From Paecilomyces variotii (taxonomy: Eukaryota), in NCBI GenBank assembly GCA_004022145.1, contig RCNU01000002.1: DNA of 64,000 bases, one strand, 5' to 3'. The position numbers were made by a program, and so were the translations under genes. Positions 13,394 through 26,783 of the stretch are shown here, in pieces (positions within the stretch are counted from its first letter, which is position 1; each line of letters starts with the position of its first letter). Below the pieces are notes generated by a model, which had not been told where the DNA came from, did not search any database, and saw only the letters and a list, made by a program, of their open reading frames with translations.

Positions 13394-14593
13394 TTACATA
13401 GAACCGAGTCGCAGAAGGGCCTCAACTGCGGCTCGTTCCTCTTGGTCGCCACCCAGTCCCTCTGGAAGGGTAAATCCAATATGTTGAATAGGAAGACGGC
13501 CTGGCACAGACTTGGCCAGCGCCGACGAGACTGGACCACCAGCGTGCTGGAGTGGCTGTCTCGAGGGGATGGCGATATTATTATGTACAATGCCACCCCC
13601 AGAGTTGAAAGACCTCGCTCGGAGCGCGTCAGCTCCAATCTGGGCCCAATCTTCTTCGTCGGTGACGTCGCCTTCGTCCCAATCTTCAGCGTCGTCGGGG
13701 GCCTCTGAGGACGAACAGTATTCCCGCCCATCGCCGTCGAGGGACATTTTGTCCGCCTCATGCTCCAGCATGGAAACGTCCTCATGGTCTCCATACTCCA
13801 TTTCCTCAGAGTGGGAGAAGACGATGGAGTCACCGGTCATGCTGGTCCCATAGGGAGCTGCATTTTCCTTGCCCATCCAGGACCGTCTGTTCGGGATCTG
13901 CATGCCCTGTGGATGGTAGGAGTTGGGCACGCTGGAAGGAGGAGACGGATTCTGAGCGTGACGGTCTCGCGACGCCTGACCCCGTCGACGCGCATCCCAG
14001 CGTCCCCATCCGACCTTTTCAAAGATCACTTCACCATTCACTCCTCCGCCTTCACCAACACTACCTCTGCCTTCCAGAGCACCGACTACCAGTCTGCGCG
14101 CTTTCGCTGGAGGGATCCCCGCGAAGCCTGGAACAGAAGTTGTCAAATAGCCCATCACATGGCGGATCGCCAGCGGGCCATGGTTCAGCAAGATCTCAGG
14201 AAGATGATACTTGGCAAGCATGGCGGGCGTGATCGCTCCTGCGCTCTCCAGACCACTCAAACCAGCAGTCAGGGAAGACTGCTGCGGCTGGCCCTGGCTC
14301 TTGCCGTGGTCCGTCGCGTCCTGGAGATCGATATCCGAGTCCACCTGGGCGGGTGCTGAGGGAGGAGTGCCAGCCATCTTGGCTTGGTGTTTGAACGCCT
14401 GCGGAGGGAGCGATGGCGATATGGAGTTGGGAGGGGTGGGCAGTTGCCCATGATGATGGCCGGAACGAGCAGCAAAGCTGTCCCTACCGCCACCCGACGC
14501 GAAAGGCGAATCGCGAGGTCTGGGTATATCCATCGATGCAGTCTTACCAGCGAGCGCCATGGCGATGCTGGAAGTGGCAGTTGGAAGAGCCAT
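13394..14593 (-). CDS. STB3: Sin3-binding protein Stb3-like
   Basis: STB3 domain ITPAMLAKYHLPEILLNHGPLAIRHVMGYLTTSVPGFAGIPPAKARRLVVGALE...FEKVGWGRW, TDEEDW motif and C-terminal AVEALLRL. Start placed at MALPTAT (ATG 14593). Confidence 0.9.
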   Translation of the reverse strand: MALPTATSSIAMALAGKTASMDIPRPRDSPFASGGGRDSFAARSGHHHGQLPTPPNSISPSLPPQAFKHQAKMAGTPPSAPAQVDSDIDLQDATDHGKSQGQPQQSSLTAGLSGLESAGAITPAMLAKYHLPEILLNHGPLAIRHVMGYLTTSVPGFAGIPPAKARRLVVGALEGRGSVGEGGGVNGEVIFEKVGWGRWDARRRGQASRDRHAQNPSPPSSVPNSYHPQGMQIPNRRSWMGKENAAPYGTSMTGDSIVFSHSEEMEYGDHEDVSMLEHEADKMSLDGDGREYCSSSEAPDDAEDWDEGDVTDEEDWAQIGADALRARSFNSGGGIVHNNIAIPSRQPLQHAGGPVSSALAKSVPGRLPIQHIGFTLPEGLGGDQEERAAVEALLRLGSM

Positions 14594-15492
14594 GATCACG
14601 AGGGGTCTGAAGGGTGCACTGTGACCGAATGAGTCAGATGATGGCTCGGACAGAGAGGCCACGAAGCCCGTGGAGATGGGTCGGGAGATAAGGGTAGATC
14701 GAGAGATAGCAGATGGGCAGCACGAGGAGATTATTATATCTGACCACAAGCAAGAACAGAGGCACTCACGTCACGCTAAGGCGACTATCCAGGGTTCGAT
14801 CGACGTGTTGACACGGTGCTGGGATGAGCAGACCGTGACGGACGAAGCTACCGGGAGTATGCGATGCGATGCGATACAATAGCGGTGACGGGGGTAGACG
14901 ATCGCGAAGTCGAACAGAGCGGCGCAACGCAACTGTCCTAGGAAGACGAAATGCGAACGGAACGTGGATCTTAAACTGGAATCTCTCTCTCGGTTGAGAA
15001 GAGAGGAGAGAGAGGAGAAGGAGAGGAGGAGAGAAAGAGAGAGAAGCGCAGGAGGCAGCGCGTACAAGTAACTAGCAGGGCGTTCGGGAGCGGGGGCGAT
15101 GGTTGCGGCCTGTCCGGGCGAAGGTACCGTTCGATTACACAGGGGAGGTACGGTGAAGGTACGGGGGAGGCGGTATGCGTAGTATGGCGATCTGGCCCAG
15201 AGACGAACAGCTGCAAGTACCTGGCAGGTACTCCGGTGCTGCACGGCGGGAAACGGTACGGGGCCTGACGGAGACGAAAGCTCCTTTCCCCCAGCAGATG
15301 CAGTTGATGGACGAATTGACTAACCAACTAACTGACTCTAGCAGTCTCTAGTCGCTCCCATCTGCTCCACGAGACAATGGAGATTCCTCGAGATAGCTTG
15401 AAAGTCGCGCGTGGGCCGTCTGGTTGGCCGTCAGTGGGGGAAACAAACGCCGGGAGCTCCCGGGGCGTTCATCCGCCCGGTGGTGGATATAG

Positions 15493-15528
15493 TAGTGATT
15501 CTAGTGATTCTAGTGATTCTAGTTATTC
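15493..15528. repeat. 9-bp tandem repeat (TAGTGATTC)x3 plus one variant copy
   Basis: Direct read of the sequence, in the STB3 upstream region. Confidence 0.85.
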
Positions 15529-18332
15529 TCCTAGAGTGAGTATTATTATTATTATTACTATTATTGTGGTATCGATGGAGTTCTAACTCTAGAGTAATTA
15601 TATGTAGTTAAATCACTCAGTTTCCTGTCTTTAGGACCTAGGTATAACTCTCTAGTGTGTATTTATCTCTCGTCCCCACGCCCGTAGAGTCTTCTCCAGG
15701 CGTCCACTAAGGGGGTCTTCCGGTGTAGAGTACGGACCGACCATACATAACAGATGCACAAGGAGTGCAGCGATGTTCTAAGAAACATGATGACGGACGA
15801 GATCGCAGGGGAATCCCCGACTGAGCAGAATTCACCCGAAAATTCTCGTGCATCCAGCTGATCTGATCCTTCCGTCCATCCATCCATCCATCCATCATGA
15901 TGCTGCTCGTTCTCCTCCCACGGCCCCAAGGGTCCAAGCCATCGTGGTTCCCGGTCCAACCCTATCTGTCTATCTATCTACATTAATTTTACATCCAGTC
16001 TTATCAACCGTCGCGGCACGTGGACCCTCTTCGACTGCGCCAGGCTCCCCGCGTGCGTTGAACGCCATCGTCACTGGCTGCACAACGTGCACATTGTACG
16101 GTCGCGATCCTCCTCATCCAAGTACCCCGCCACGCCACGATCCTGATCTTGGATGCGTTCCTGACGTCAACGCGTCGGAGCCAGAAGGTCGCTGACTCCG
16201 TATTTATTATTCTGGTATTATTCATTCTACAATATTCTCTCGTTGTGCGGTGGGGTTGTGGAAAAGAGGGCAGTGTTGCTGGACAAGCGAACCAGCAGTT
16301 GGAAGATACACTCGTGGCTTGCTCTGCTCGTTAACGATGACTGGCAGTGGAAAATATGGGCATTTTTCACTAGACTACCGTTGCCTACGTACCATAAGAT
16401 GGACCATACAGTGGATCTCAAGGAATGCTACATTCCTTTCCAAGAAGTGACGTTTTACATACGTGCCGTGTCCATGGAAGTTTTCTTCCGTCTGTTCAAT
16501 GAGCCATTTCGGAAATCTGAGACCGCTACGCTGGAGTTGATGTCGTCTCAGGATTGATGCACATGTCGCTTGTCAAGCCTGTGAATGGGTCATAGTCAGT
16601 CATTGGTAACTAACTACCTAGGTAGAATCTCGTAGACATTGACATCCTCTATCCAATGTCTGTCGTCCATAAACGGGAACTTGAAAGCTGTCTTGGCACA
16701 GATATTATTATCTTACGAGACCACATGGTTAGTCTTGCTATGCATATCTTCTGCTCTTGCTGCAATATGCAAAATCTACACAATCATGTTATGCTGCTTC
16801 CTTGCAGGGTGGAAACTGGGTTGCGCTTGGTTATGACTCGGCTATAAATAGACATAGGTCTAGGTCTTGAAAAGAATGCTGTGACCTGGTTACGTATATG
16901 CCATATGGGAATGTCATATCTGTCATTCCACTGTCCCTGAAGAAATACATACAAGGGAGCAGCCCGAAAATATTGGTATGCACTGAGTCACTGACTGACA
17001 TCTGGAGGAAGCACAGAGCTGTGTCGCCTTTCACAATGTGACAGCTAGCGACTCTACCGCCGTTTTCAGCCAAGTCGAGGAAGTCTTTATCGGTCTTCTT
17101 CTTGCCTCATGAAGCATGATGGAGGAAATAATACCTGATATCACTAGGAATCAGGTTTCGACCTTCGATGCGGCTGGACCCGATCACTATCCCGCTCATT
17201 TTACCCCTCTTGAGGGGAAGGAAGGCCCTCGGTGATCTATTTTCAACGGAATGAATAAGCTCGAGCAGATTCTCATCAAGAATCACGGGGAACATCTCTT
17301 GACAGAAACGCCCAGAGTCGACTTTGTAGTCTGCAATATGACCTGTCCTCTGGGAGGACTTTATCGACTCAACTTAATAAACAGTTGCCTCTTTCTGGGG
17401 CGTAGATTCAAAGCCACACAGCGTCAGTGTTCCTGGATGCGGTGGTTTCCTGGATATATTATTCGGCCAGAACTACTATCCAGCTCATAGGTATTTTTCC
17501 TAATCGACGTCGTATCTAAATCAGGAAGGTCATCACGCTTTCAACGATGGCACACGCGCAGATGTTGCACTGTCTCTGGCAATCGTCCTCTAGATATATG
17601 TATCAAGTATCTGTCCTGTTATTCCTGTCGGCCGATTATTGTACCGTTAAAGTTGGCGGGTCTCCGCGCAAGCGAGGTCTTCGGATCGTTGACATTTAGT
17701 TACCCCCCTCCCATCAACAACCCGTTTTGTAAGCTGATCGGATCGTGAACTCGCTCGTCGTCTCATTACCGGCACGACCATATCCGATGAATGACCATCT
17801 GATCGGCTCAATTCCGTGCAAAAGAACCCTCTGGGGAGGAAGTGGAACACGCGGCCGCGGTCTACGAAGAGGGGAAATCTGCTGTGGGCTTCTCACAGCG
17901 CCTACACCGGGAGCGCTGGAGAGCGGAGTGAAATAATATGATGCTGTCCACATCCAAGAACATTCGCAGTGTCTTTTGGCGGGGCACGGTGGACAACGGT
18001 AGACTGCCGATGTAGTTCCCGTTCGAGGAGAAAAGGAACTACACCTTCCTATGCCCCCCAAAGGAGAGAGTCGGTCATAACGTCGTTTGCGACATCCGCA
18101 GTTTTCGGGAGCCATCTAGCGGATGTGGTGATTGCCCGGCCGATGCAACACCGTCGAAGACCAGACCCTGACTGACCCATCGGAGAAAACACGGGGAAAA
18201 GTAAACTATCGGGTTCGTAGCTTCTGCGTAAATCATTATCTTACCTGCACTTCTCTCGTCTACATATTACTGCTCCTTCGTTCGTGACTCGTTTCCGCTG
18301 AAGGAACCGTAGACTCGGGAACCTTGACAAAG

Positions 18333-20351
18333 ATGGCATCAAACATGACGGCGGGGGAATACTCCCCTGTTGCTGAAGCTGATCGTATCTTCAAATATCT
18401 CTGTGACCAGTCTGAACGACTAAGCCTACCGTCGGAGGTATCTGCGAACAAAGATGCGGTGTCGTTCTACTCGGCCGCCAACGAAATATATTATCCGATC
18501 CCGTTCAAAGAGACAGAGACGATCGCTGCGTTGAAAGGAGTCGAGGGATCCGTGGCTGCCGCGATTGCTGATTTGCGGTATGGCCAACCGGCACAGAAGA
18601 GAAATGTGAAAGTGAGCTTGGAGAAGGCGACTTGCTTTGGTTGTCAGGCGTATATGGCAAAGGTAGACGGACTGGGAAAGTTGGATGCGGGCGTTAGAGC
18701 GAAACTGAAAGGTCAGCCAGCCATTTCAAGCATTTCATATTACTACTATCACATGTGACTTCCGTTTCGAAAGCAACGCGTAAAAATCATAGAAGTCGAT
18801 ATACTGACGGTTTCCAGATACGGATCTCCTGGCCGCTCAATCTAACGGCTACCGTCGGATGTCTGCCAATCTATACGAGACCAAGAACGATGGGGAATTC
18901 TTCCATATCCATGGCTCGCTGGAGGCTAGCACTACGTTGAAGATGATCGGGCTAGAACCGTATCGACCGGATCTCACAGATTATCACGACATCATCAAGG
19001 TGATCGAGAGCCAAGTCAGGAAGTTTACCACTGCCGAGCTGGAGGACATGAACCGTGAACGGAGACAGGCTGGTGTAACTGCATACAAGTACGAGGATTT
19101 CATCAAGACGCCACACGTAAGCAACTTCTCTCTTAGTATAAGAACAGCAGATACGCTAATACTGGACGCAGGGAAAACTCAATGTACAGGAGCCTCCGTG
19201 GAAGGTTACCCAATTGAAGGGCAACCTGCCTCCCACTCCATTCCCAGCCCCTTCCACGGGAGGACAGAAGCCCCTAGAAGGCATCAAGGTTCTTGAGCTT
19301 TGCCGTATCATTGCAGGTCCAACCGTCACACGTGTGCTGGCGGAGTATGGCGCAGACGTCCTCAAAATCACCGGCCCCAACCTGTCAGATGTGCCCTTTT
19401 TCCAAGTGGACGGTAACATGGGCAAACGTGCTGCGGATCTAGACTTGAAATCTGAGCCAGATCGTCGACGATTCGAAGAGTTGCTTGCCGATGCGGATGT
19501 TGTCGTGGACGGCTATCGTCCGGGGGCCATTGAGAAACTTGGCTACGGACCTGATGCGCTTGCTGCCCTGGCAGAAAAGCGTGGGAAGGGTATTGTCTAC
19601 GTGAACGAGAACTGTTTCGGCTACGACGGCGAGTGGGCAGACCGTGCAGGATGGCAGCAGATTGCAGACTGTGTATGTGGCAATCTCTTATTCGTGATCA
19701 GTTGCTCTTTTGTGCAACATATCCCATTCCCCAGCTGGACACTTTTGTACTGATCTTTGAAACCCACAGGTCACCGGAATCGCCTGGGCCCAAGGAAAAT
19801 TCATGGGCCTCAACGAACCTGTTGTCCCTCCGTTCCCCATCTCCGACTACGGCACCGGTTGCATGGGAGCCATCGCAGCACTGACGGGTCTGTACCACAG
19901 AGCTAAGACCGGTGGCTCCTATCACGGAAAAGCGTCCCTCATGCACTACGACCTGCTCCTCTTCGCAGTCGGCCAGTACTCTCCTTCCGTCCAGGAGAAA
20001 CTACGCGCCTCTCTACCACCTGAATTCTTCCAGATCCGTCACCACGACAGCGTTGACCGGATTTCCGCAACGGCATTGAAGATCCTCCGAGAACGGTTCC
20101 CCCACCTTTTCGTCTCTCCTGACGACAAGTCCGGCAAGGAATCCTACGTGGAGAAATGGTGGTCGAAAGGATACAATGCCGACATCGAGGTCGTCCGCCC
20201 AATCACCGAGATTGACGGTATCGAGACAGGCTTCGTAAGAGCCAGCAGACCAAACGGCACCGATAACGCATCGTGGGACGACTTTTCCAAAACAGAAGAG
20301 GACTATAAAAAGAGCCAAGCAACTAATGGCGTGAATGGAAACCACATCTAG
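18333..20351 (+). CDS. CaiB/BaiF (family III) CoA-transferase
   Basis: Introns at about 18712-18817, 19117-19171 and 19673-19769; motifs PLEGIKVLELCRIIAGP...LAEYGADVLKI, ADVVVDGYRPGA and PISDYGTG (the position of the family III catalytic Asp). Confidence 0.92.
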
Positions 20352-21604
20352 AGGCATCGAAGCGTTGTAATTCTTTTTTTTGTTTTTACGTCGTCATTGA
20401 TGCATTTGATGATATCCTGAAGAGCCCTATATAGGAATATATAGACACTATCCTCCACCTTTGCTCTGCGGCCAATGTAAGTATCCAGCCTATTTTCCAA
20501 TAGACATCTGCAATGAGAATCTTCTATTGTAGTCTCTCATATAAGCATATAAGCATTCATTCAGTTTGACAATACCCTGATAAGTCAGTCCGTCATGGCC
20601 TATGTTAGTTAACTTCTCTTGTAACCACAAAAGCTACTACGCAGCTAAACATGGAAAGTAAATAACTAAGAGAGCTCCTGCTCTCAAGCACGGGGAGACA
20701 ATACCTACATAACCCAATTTTGTAGATACGATACGCGCAAACATCGTTGCGGCAAAGGGTTCTAAGAGCAATGTGGTAATATAGAAACTTGCGTTAGATA
20801 ACCAGTTCTCATAGAAAAGGGACCACCATATGGAGTATTATACTATTACCCGAACATTATTATCGGATATGCACCACCTCCTAACTACCTAATATCTAAC
20901 TGAGTAATTGTTCCCATTCATAGAAACCTCCATTCCAAATATACACCACATACGACTGAAAGGGGAAAAACCGAAAGAAGAAAGTTTCATAAGCAAATGA
21001 ATACAAGAATGACAATCCAGAATCTATGGTACAGGATTTCCATAACAAATGCAATCGAATTGAATCCCCCCCACTAGATACATCCAAAGTCATCGGCCCG
21101 CCGCCCTCTCTCCGACTCCGATAAGTAACGATAGCCGAGGACTAAGAATCGGAGATGCGTCCGATGTTATTCCGAAGAAGCATCATGTATTTGGAAACTT
21201 TGGGAATGGTAAGTAATCATACTGGAGAGATGGTTCGGATAAATCTAGCCAATAACTTTGGTGGGAGAGTACATACATAACTCGGTTGACTTCAGGTCCT
21301 AGTTTAGTTGTTAAGTTACCTAGCTAACCAAACAATAACTAATTGTTAATATCGTGATTAATAATGTATGTTGGACGCCCTTTGACTGACTGATTTCCCC
21401 TCTAACTATGCTAATAATAAACTTAATCAGTGGTCATATCTAATCACAGACGTCATTCCATTCTTCTTGTCTTTCTCTTACCCGCGGAAAGGTGATTCGA
21501 AAAGCGTGTTCCCGAACAACCTCATTCAAACCTTGGGATATTTATCGGGTTCTCTCCATTTCCCTTTGATTTTACGCCAAAATCAGTGAAGAAAAGGGGG
21601 CAAA

Positions 21605-22324
21605 ATGTCATACACCATAGCATACGATACTTCATCCGCGCCGTCAAAGGGCCGCGAGCTGGTCTCTTTCATGGAGGAGTTCTACGCGACGAGCGACGAC
21701 CCCGCAGCACACGAAAAGTATGCGAGGAGCTTCACGCCAGATGCGACGCTGATTATGGGACCGAAGGTTGGAAAGGGATATGACGGTATGTGGTCAACTT
21801 TTCTTTTCTTTCTTATTTTCTTTATTTTTGAACCGTCTAGTTATTGTTACCTTTTCGGGTCACTATGGAAGTAGGCTCTTTTTTTAAGAAATAGGGAGAG
21901 AAAAAGATGCCACCACTCCTTTCACTGGCCAAGACGACAAGGTTTCATTTTTTGAAATTGTACTGATTAGTCGAGCACAAAAACAGAAATCCTTGCGCTA
22001 CGTCATGGTCTCTGGACGCACGTAGCGTCGCGAAAGCACACTCCCGTCAAGGTCTTCTTCGGCGGAGAGAACGAGCTCATGCTATACGGCAAGGTTCTCT
22101 ACACTCTCAAGGCCACTGGTAACCAGGTCGAGGTGCCCTGGGCCGGACGCGTGGAGTTTGCCTTCGACGAGGCTGGAGCTAATCCCAAGATGAAGTTCTA
22201 CCAGGTGTATCTGGTACGTAGACCCAGAATGACATCCTGGACCTATACGAGGACTTTCTTCCCCAAGATTGGAACTCCCGCTAATCGTCATATCCAGGAC
22301 ACTGCCTCTCAATCGGGTAAATGA
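21605..22324 (+). CDS. Small NTF2/SnoaL-like fold protein (about 144 aa)
   Basis: Exons 21605-21785, 21987-22213 and 22298-22324; FMEEFYATSD...YARSFTPDATLIMG...G..EI, VPWAGRVEF and KMKFYQVYLD pattern typical of NTF2-like proteins. Confidence 0.8.
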
Positions 22325-22396
22325 GCGAGACAATAGATATATTCCCATCATCTCAATGCTCCTCATGATTCCTCGCCTCCATGATATGACGATCGA

Positions 22397-25146
22397 TCAT
22401 GTGAATGGCGTGGTTCCGTACAGATGTATCTGGCTCGGTAGAAGATCGGCTGAATCTTGATTCAACGGCCATAGAGCGTCAAAATGAATGAATTCTTCGT
22501 GAATGGTACTTAGGTCCGGTCCAACTAGATCCTCAGAGCCAGGATAGATGAGTCCCTCGACGCTCTCCCCAGAGTGTTGTCCGTTAATTCCTGTAGCGGT
22601 GATGTCCTGCATCACGTCTGATTGGGCGTCTTTAGATCGCCAATCCCATGTGTTCTGTGCAGACAGGTAATTCGACGTCATCGCGTTATTAGTTGGAGAG
22701 AGGCCAGCCACGGCAGGCTGCGTGGCGTTGAAGAGGTTCTCGATTGGATCTTGCTGCGTTGATTCCTTCGCCGGCATGTTGGAGGTCTTTGCGTAAACAA
22801 TCGTCTTCTGAAAAGACGTCAAAATCGTCAGATATCGCTTCGACTGCAGGTCGGTTTCAGCGCAGTATTGGTGAAGCGCGAGGACTCTCTGAGCGATAGA
22901 GTCGTTCTCAATTAGTGAGGACTATAAGCCCAGCCGTGAACATCCAATGTCTAATTAACGTCAGTAAGGCCACACGCTGCATACCCTGCTTGCTACTCAC
23001 ATGATAAATGGGTTTCGTCGCGGAAGACACCCCTTGACTCGAATGGCCTGGATGGCCCGGATCATATGGATTGCAGAGCGAACACACGCAGCCGAGTATT
23101 TCTTCAGCTCTGGATTCTCTGCCACCTTGTTCTCAGCTGGAGAATTCGCGTTTGGCTGAGAGGCCTGGGACCCGCTAAGGTGCTCGTCGAGGATCTTCTT
23201 CACGTGTAACAGCAGGAATGGACGAGTGAGCAAGACGATGTTTTGAAAATACATCAGCCATATATGGAGCTGAGCCAGAGCGATCGCAGGGTCGTCATGG
23301 GGAGTTGGGACAGGATTCCACTGGAGGAATTCGGGTAGAGACTGTGTCCAGTTATGGATGTCGACTGCAATACCCCGGGCGATCTTGAGTGATATCTTCC
23401 GTTTCCTGTAGACGCGATTCAATATAACGCCTAGGATTTTGGCGGACTGAACAGAGGCAGTGAGCGTATCGGAAAGGAAACTCTGGTCTCCGTGAGGTGG
23501 GTTTGGCGCAATGTTGTTAGATGAGAACAATGCATCCGAACAGTCGTCATCATGGATAGCTGTCGGACGGCCCAAGCAGGCAGAAATAAACCGGTCCATG
23601 ACGTAGAGACTTTTCCAAAGCATCATTCTGTCTCCTCAGTTAGTCGCTTCTCGCAGGACAATGTGCTTGCCAATTCCATGCAGGGCGATCTTGACGGGGC
23701 TAGGGAAGGAGTACCTATGTACGGACGTTGAAACCCTTTCCGACTCGTTGAAGATAAGCTGTGTCTCTACCCGATGCAGCCCTAGGGCATAAGCTAACCT
23801 GACTGCCATTCCTGCACAAGAAAGGTCAGAGAAATCCAAGCTTGACAATTGTGGAATGGGGAACCAACCGAAATACGCCCAGGCAGTATTGCGCTTAGCC
23901 GCCGTCAACATATACAGCGTCATTAATAGCAGGGCTTGTATCGAAGCAAAATCTCCATCCTCAAATCCAGAAACCGAGTCCCTGAAATGCTTTGCTGCGA
24001 CAAAAAACATTTCGCTTCTGTCCACCTTATCCGAGCTCAGCCGTCGTAGGATTGCAGCTTCAGATGCGGACCGTTGTGGACTGGCGGATCGCAGTTGAAG
24101 ACCATTTGCGAATACCAGATTCAATATACAGAGCCACGATGGTTCGGCCGCCAGCGGGTTCTGGTACGTCCTGTCGACTTTCTGTTTGAATAAACATTCG
24201 TCGAAAATGTGCATGATCCCCTTTGTCTGTTACTAGATATTAGAAAATTATTCAACCATATTTGACGACGGCTATGTTGACCGACATTAGCAAAGAAGGA
24301 CTCCACCAAGAAGAAGGCAACTTCTCGATCTGGCAATGTGCACGTGTGTTGATGGGGTGGCGGAATTGACACTGAGGCTTCGAGAATCTTATGCCGCTGA
24401 GGATCGATTGTAAACGCAGAAGAACCCACAACGGTGCCAACCAACTGTCGGATGGTTTGCAGGTATGATAAAGGCGCCGAGTCACCAATGTATACTAGAT
24501 GCTCTTTTGATAAGACATCGTTCCGATTCGAAAGAAATCGAAGGTCAATGGACACGTACACATTCTCCCCTTCCCATCATTCAACATGCGTGAAGCCTCC
24601 TGCATCTCCGCCTCATCGGTCTCCGAACTCCCACTCTGCCCCGCAGGCTGTCGTGATGAATCCATCTCGTTCGTCGAGGGGAGTGGATCGCCAGTTAGAA
24701 TGCTTTGCGAAGTTGGTGATTGATGTATGACTGCTCCTGCGCCGAGTCCATCTTGACTCTGAGTCGACTCGCTCATGCTCCCTGATACAGAGAACGAGCC
24801 TCGAACATTGCTATCCCCACCTTCGATAGAAGGAGCAGACATTCCCCGCCTCCACTGCCCTTCAGGACCGTCACGGTGTTTCTGGCTGAGGCGCCGTTGG
24901 GTAGTGGCTGGCACAGGCTGGATGAACATGCAGTCCACGGCGCGCTTGGAGCAATTGTCGCATGGATAGGTACCATTGCACTAGGATGGAAAAGATCAGT
25001 CTTGTGCGAGGCGCAAAAACCCGATAAGGATCGAGGAGATGCAGTATGGAATTCATGATTGCTACCTTCTGTTTCCTTCTCTTGCAATTTTCACAAGCCC
25101 TAGCAGCCCGAATCCTGTTCTCGGGCGCCACTTTTTGGCGAGCCAT
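22397..25146 (-). CDS. Zn(II)2Cys6 transcription factor with a fungal TF middle-homology domain
   Basis: ACENCKRRKQK|CNGTYPCDNCSKRAVDC binuclear cluster split by an intron; YIGDSAPLSYLQ, GMAVRLAYALGLH and LWKSLYVMDRFISACLGRP motifs; several introns. Confidence 0.93.
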
Positions 25147-25644
25147 TGTCGGGTCCTCGCGGAGTCAGCGTGATCGGATGGCAGCTTTCGGATCGATCAT
25201 TGTTAACTATCCCCTGCGTTACTTAGTTGATCGGAAAGAGGGGAGTGTCCGTACGACAGCCGCAAACTGCAGCTGGCGACGTGCTTCAGACCAGTCGCTT
25301 TAGCGAAGAAGCGCGAATGAATAATCAAGCAAATAAGTTAACCAAGTTAGTTAATGCACAAACTTCAAGAGGAGATGGCTTTCTCCACAAGAACGAAGGC
25401 GTCGCGCGAAGTCGGGGTAACTGGTTGGAGTTTGGAGATCCTCCCCGGCTAATGATTCCGTCTGACTTTCGGCAAAGGCTAACCATCCGAGCAGACGTCA
25501 ACGGCCCGTCTAAATTACATTATCGTACTCATCAACAGCTCGCTTTATCTACATAGCCTCATCGTTCCCCCCGCGTCCCAAGATGTTGTCTAACAGTGAC
25601 CCCTCTTGCCCTGCTGTTGGCAACCAGAATCCAGTTCCACAACA

Positions 25645-26514
25645 ATGCCGTACCTCTTCATTCAAGACCACAAGCTGCACTATGCGGACTCCCATCCGCA
25701 GGGGGCCCCAAGCGGCGGATTGACCTTCATTTGTATCCATGGATTGGGATCCTCTCAGAATTATTATTTCCCTGTCATTCCTCATTTGACAGGCAAGCAT
25801 CGTTGCATCGCTTTCGACAGCTATGGCAGCGGACGATCGAATTACACGGGTCTGCAGACGAGCGTGGAGTCTATCGCCGAAGACGTGCTATCAATTATGG
25901 GCGAGCTGGAGATCCCAAGAGCGGTCATGGTTGGCCACTCCATGGGTGGCATGGTTGTGTCCCATCTGGCGGCTACACAACCTGACAAGGTCCTTGCAGT
26001 CGTGGCCATTGGGCCAGTGCACCCGGAGAGTAGTACCGCAGAGGTCTTTGAGAAGCGAATTGGAATGGTGACTAAATGTCAGTTGAGTGTTGCCATTTGG
26101 TCTACCTATACTGATTCTTCTATGAATACTGACCATCGCAAAACAGCTGGAATGGAATGTATGGCAGACTCGATTCCTAACCAGGCAACGGGTTCTCGCG
26201 CAACAGCGCTCCAGAAAGCCTTCATTCGGGAACTGATCTTGAATCAGACCCCTCTGGGCTACGCTGCAGCTTGCAGGGCCGTCGCAACGGCACGCCCTCC
26301 TAATTATGCCGGTGTAAAAGCACCTTTCCTGCTCATTGCCGGGCAGGAAGACAAGTCGGCACCAATGGATGGATGCAAGTTCATCTTTGAAAACATCCAA
26401 AGCCAGAATAAGAAGATGGAAGTGCTTCCGGGTGTTGGGCATTGGCACTGTGTCGAGGCCAGCGATGAGGTTGGCAAGCTCATCGCCGAGTTCGCAGGAA
26501 CCCTTCAGGCTTGA
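25645..26514 (+). CDS. Alpha/beta-hydrolase, 3-oxoadipate enol-lactonase-like (PcaD/CatD type)
   Basis: HGLG oxyanion motif, GHSMGG nucleophile elbow, GQEDKSAP acid and GHWH histidine; ATG 25645; probable intron at 26078-26146; adjacent to an intradiol dioxygenase. Confidence 0.85.
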   Translation: MPYLFIQDHKLHYADSHPQGAPSGGLTFICIHGLGSSQNYYFPVIPHLTGKHRCIAFDSYGSGRSNYTGLQTSVESIAEDVLSIMGELEIPRAVMVGHSMGGMVVSHLAATQPDKVLAVVAIGPVHPESSTAEVFEKRIGMVTKCQLSVAIWSTYTDSSMNTDHRKTAGMECMADSIPNQATGSRATALQKAFIRELILNQTPLGYAAACRAVATARPPNYAGVKAPFLLIAGQEDKSAPMDGCKFIFENIQSQNKKMEVLPGVGHWHCVEASDEVGKLIAEFAGTLQA

Positions 26515-26783
26515 GACTTTGGGGGCGTGGAGCCGACCATTTGTGATAATCAACTTTCTACGATTAAGCGAATAGACATTTTACATTATAGAAGGATTGT
26601 GATCGATTCTCGCGAAAGATAATATAAAGCCGGAGCTTTCTCTTAGTCAGTGACTATCATGACGAACTTATATTATGGGAGCTATCCCAGTCACTTTATG
26701 GAATAACTGGAAAGAGCAGAGGTTTTTGGTATCAAATTAAAGAAACAATAGGCGACAGCTCATTATTAAATACAGATAAATCA

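Noticed and set aside
16200-17500. Short ORFs between STB3 and the CoA-transferase (possible gene relic)
   Set aside because: No recognisable motifs or consistent exon chain.
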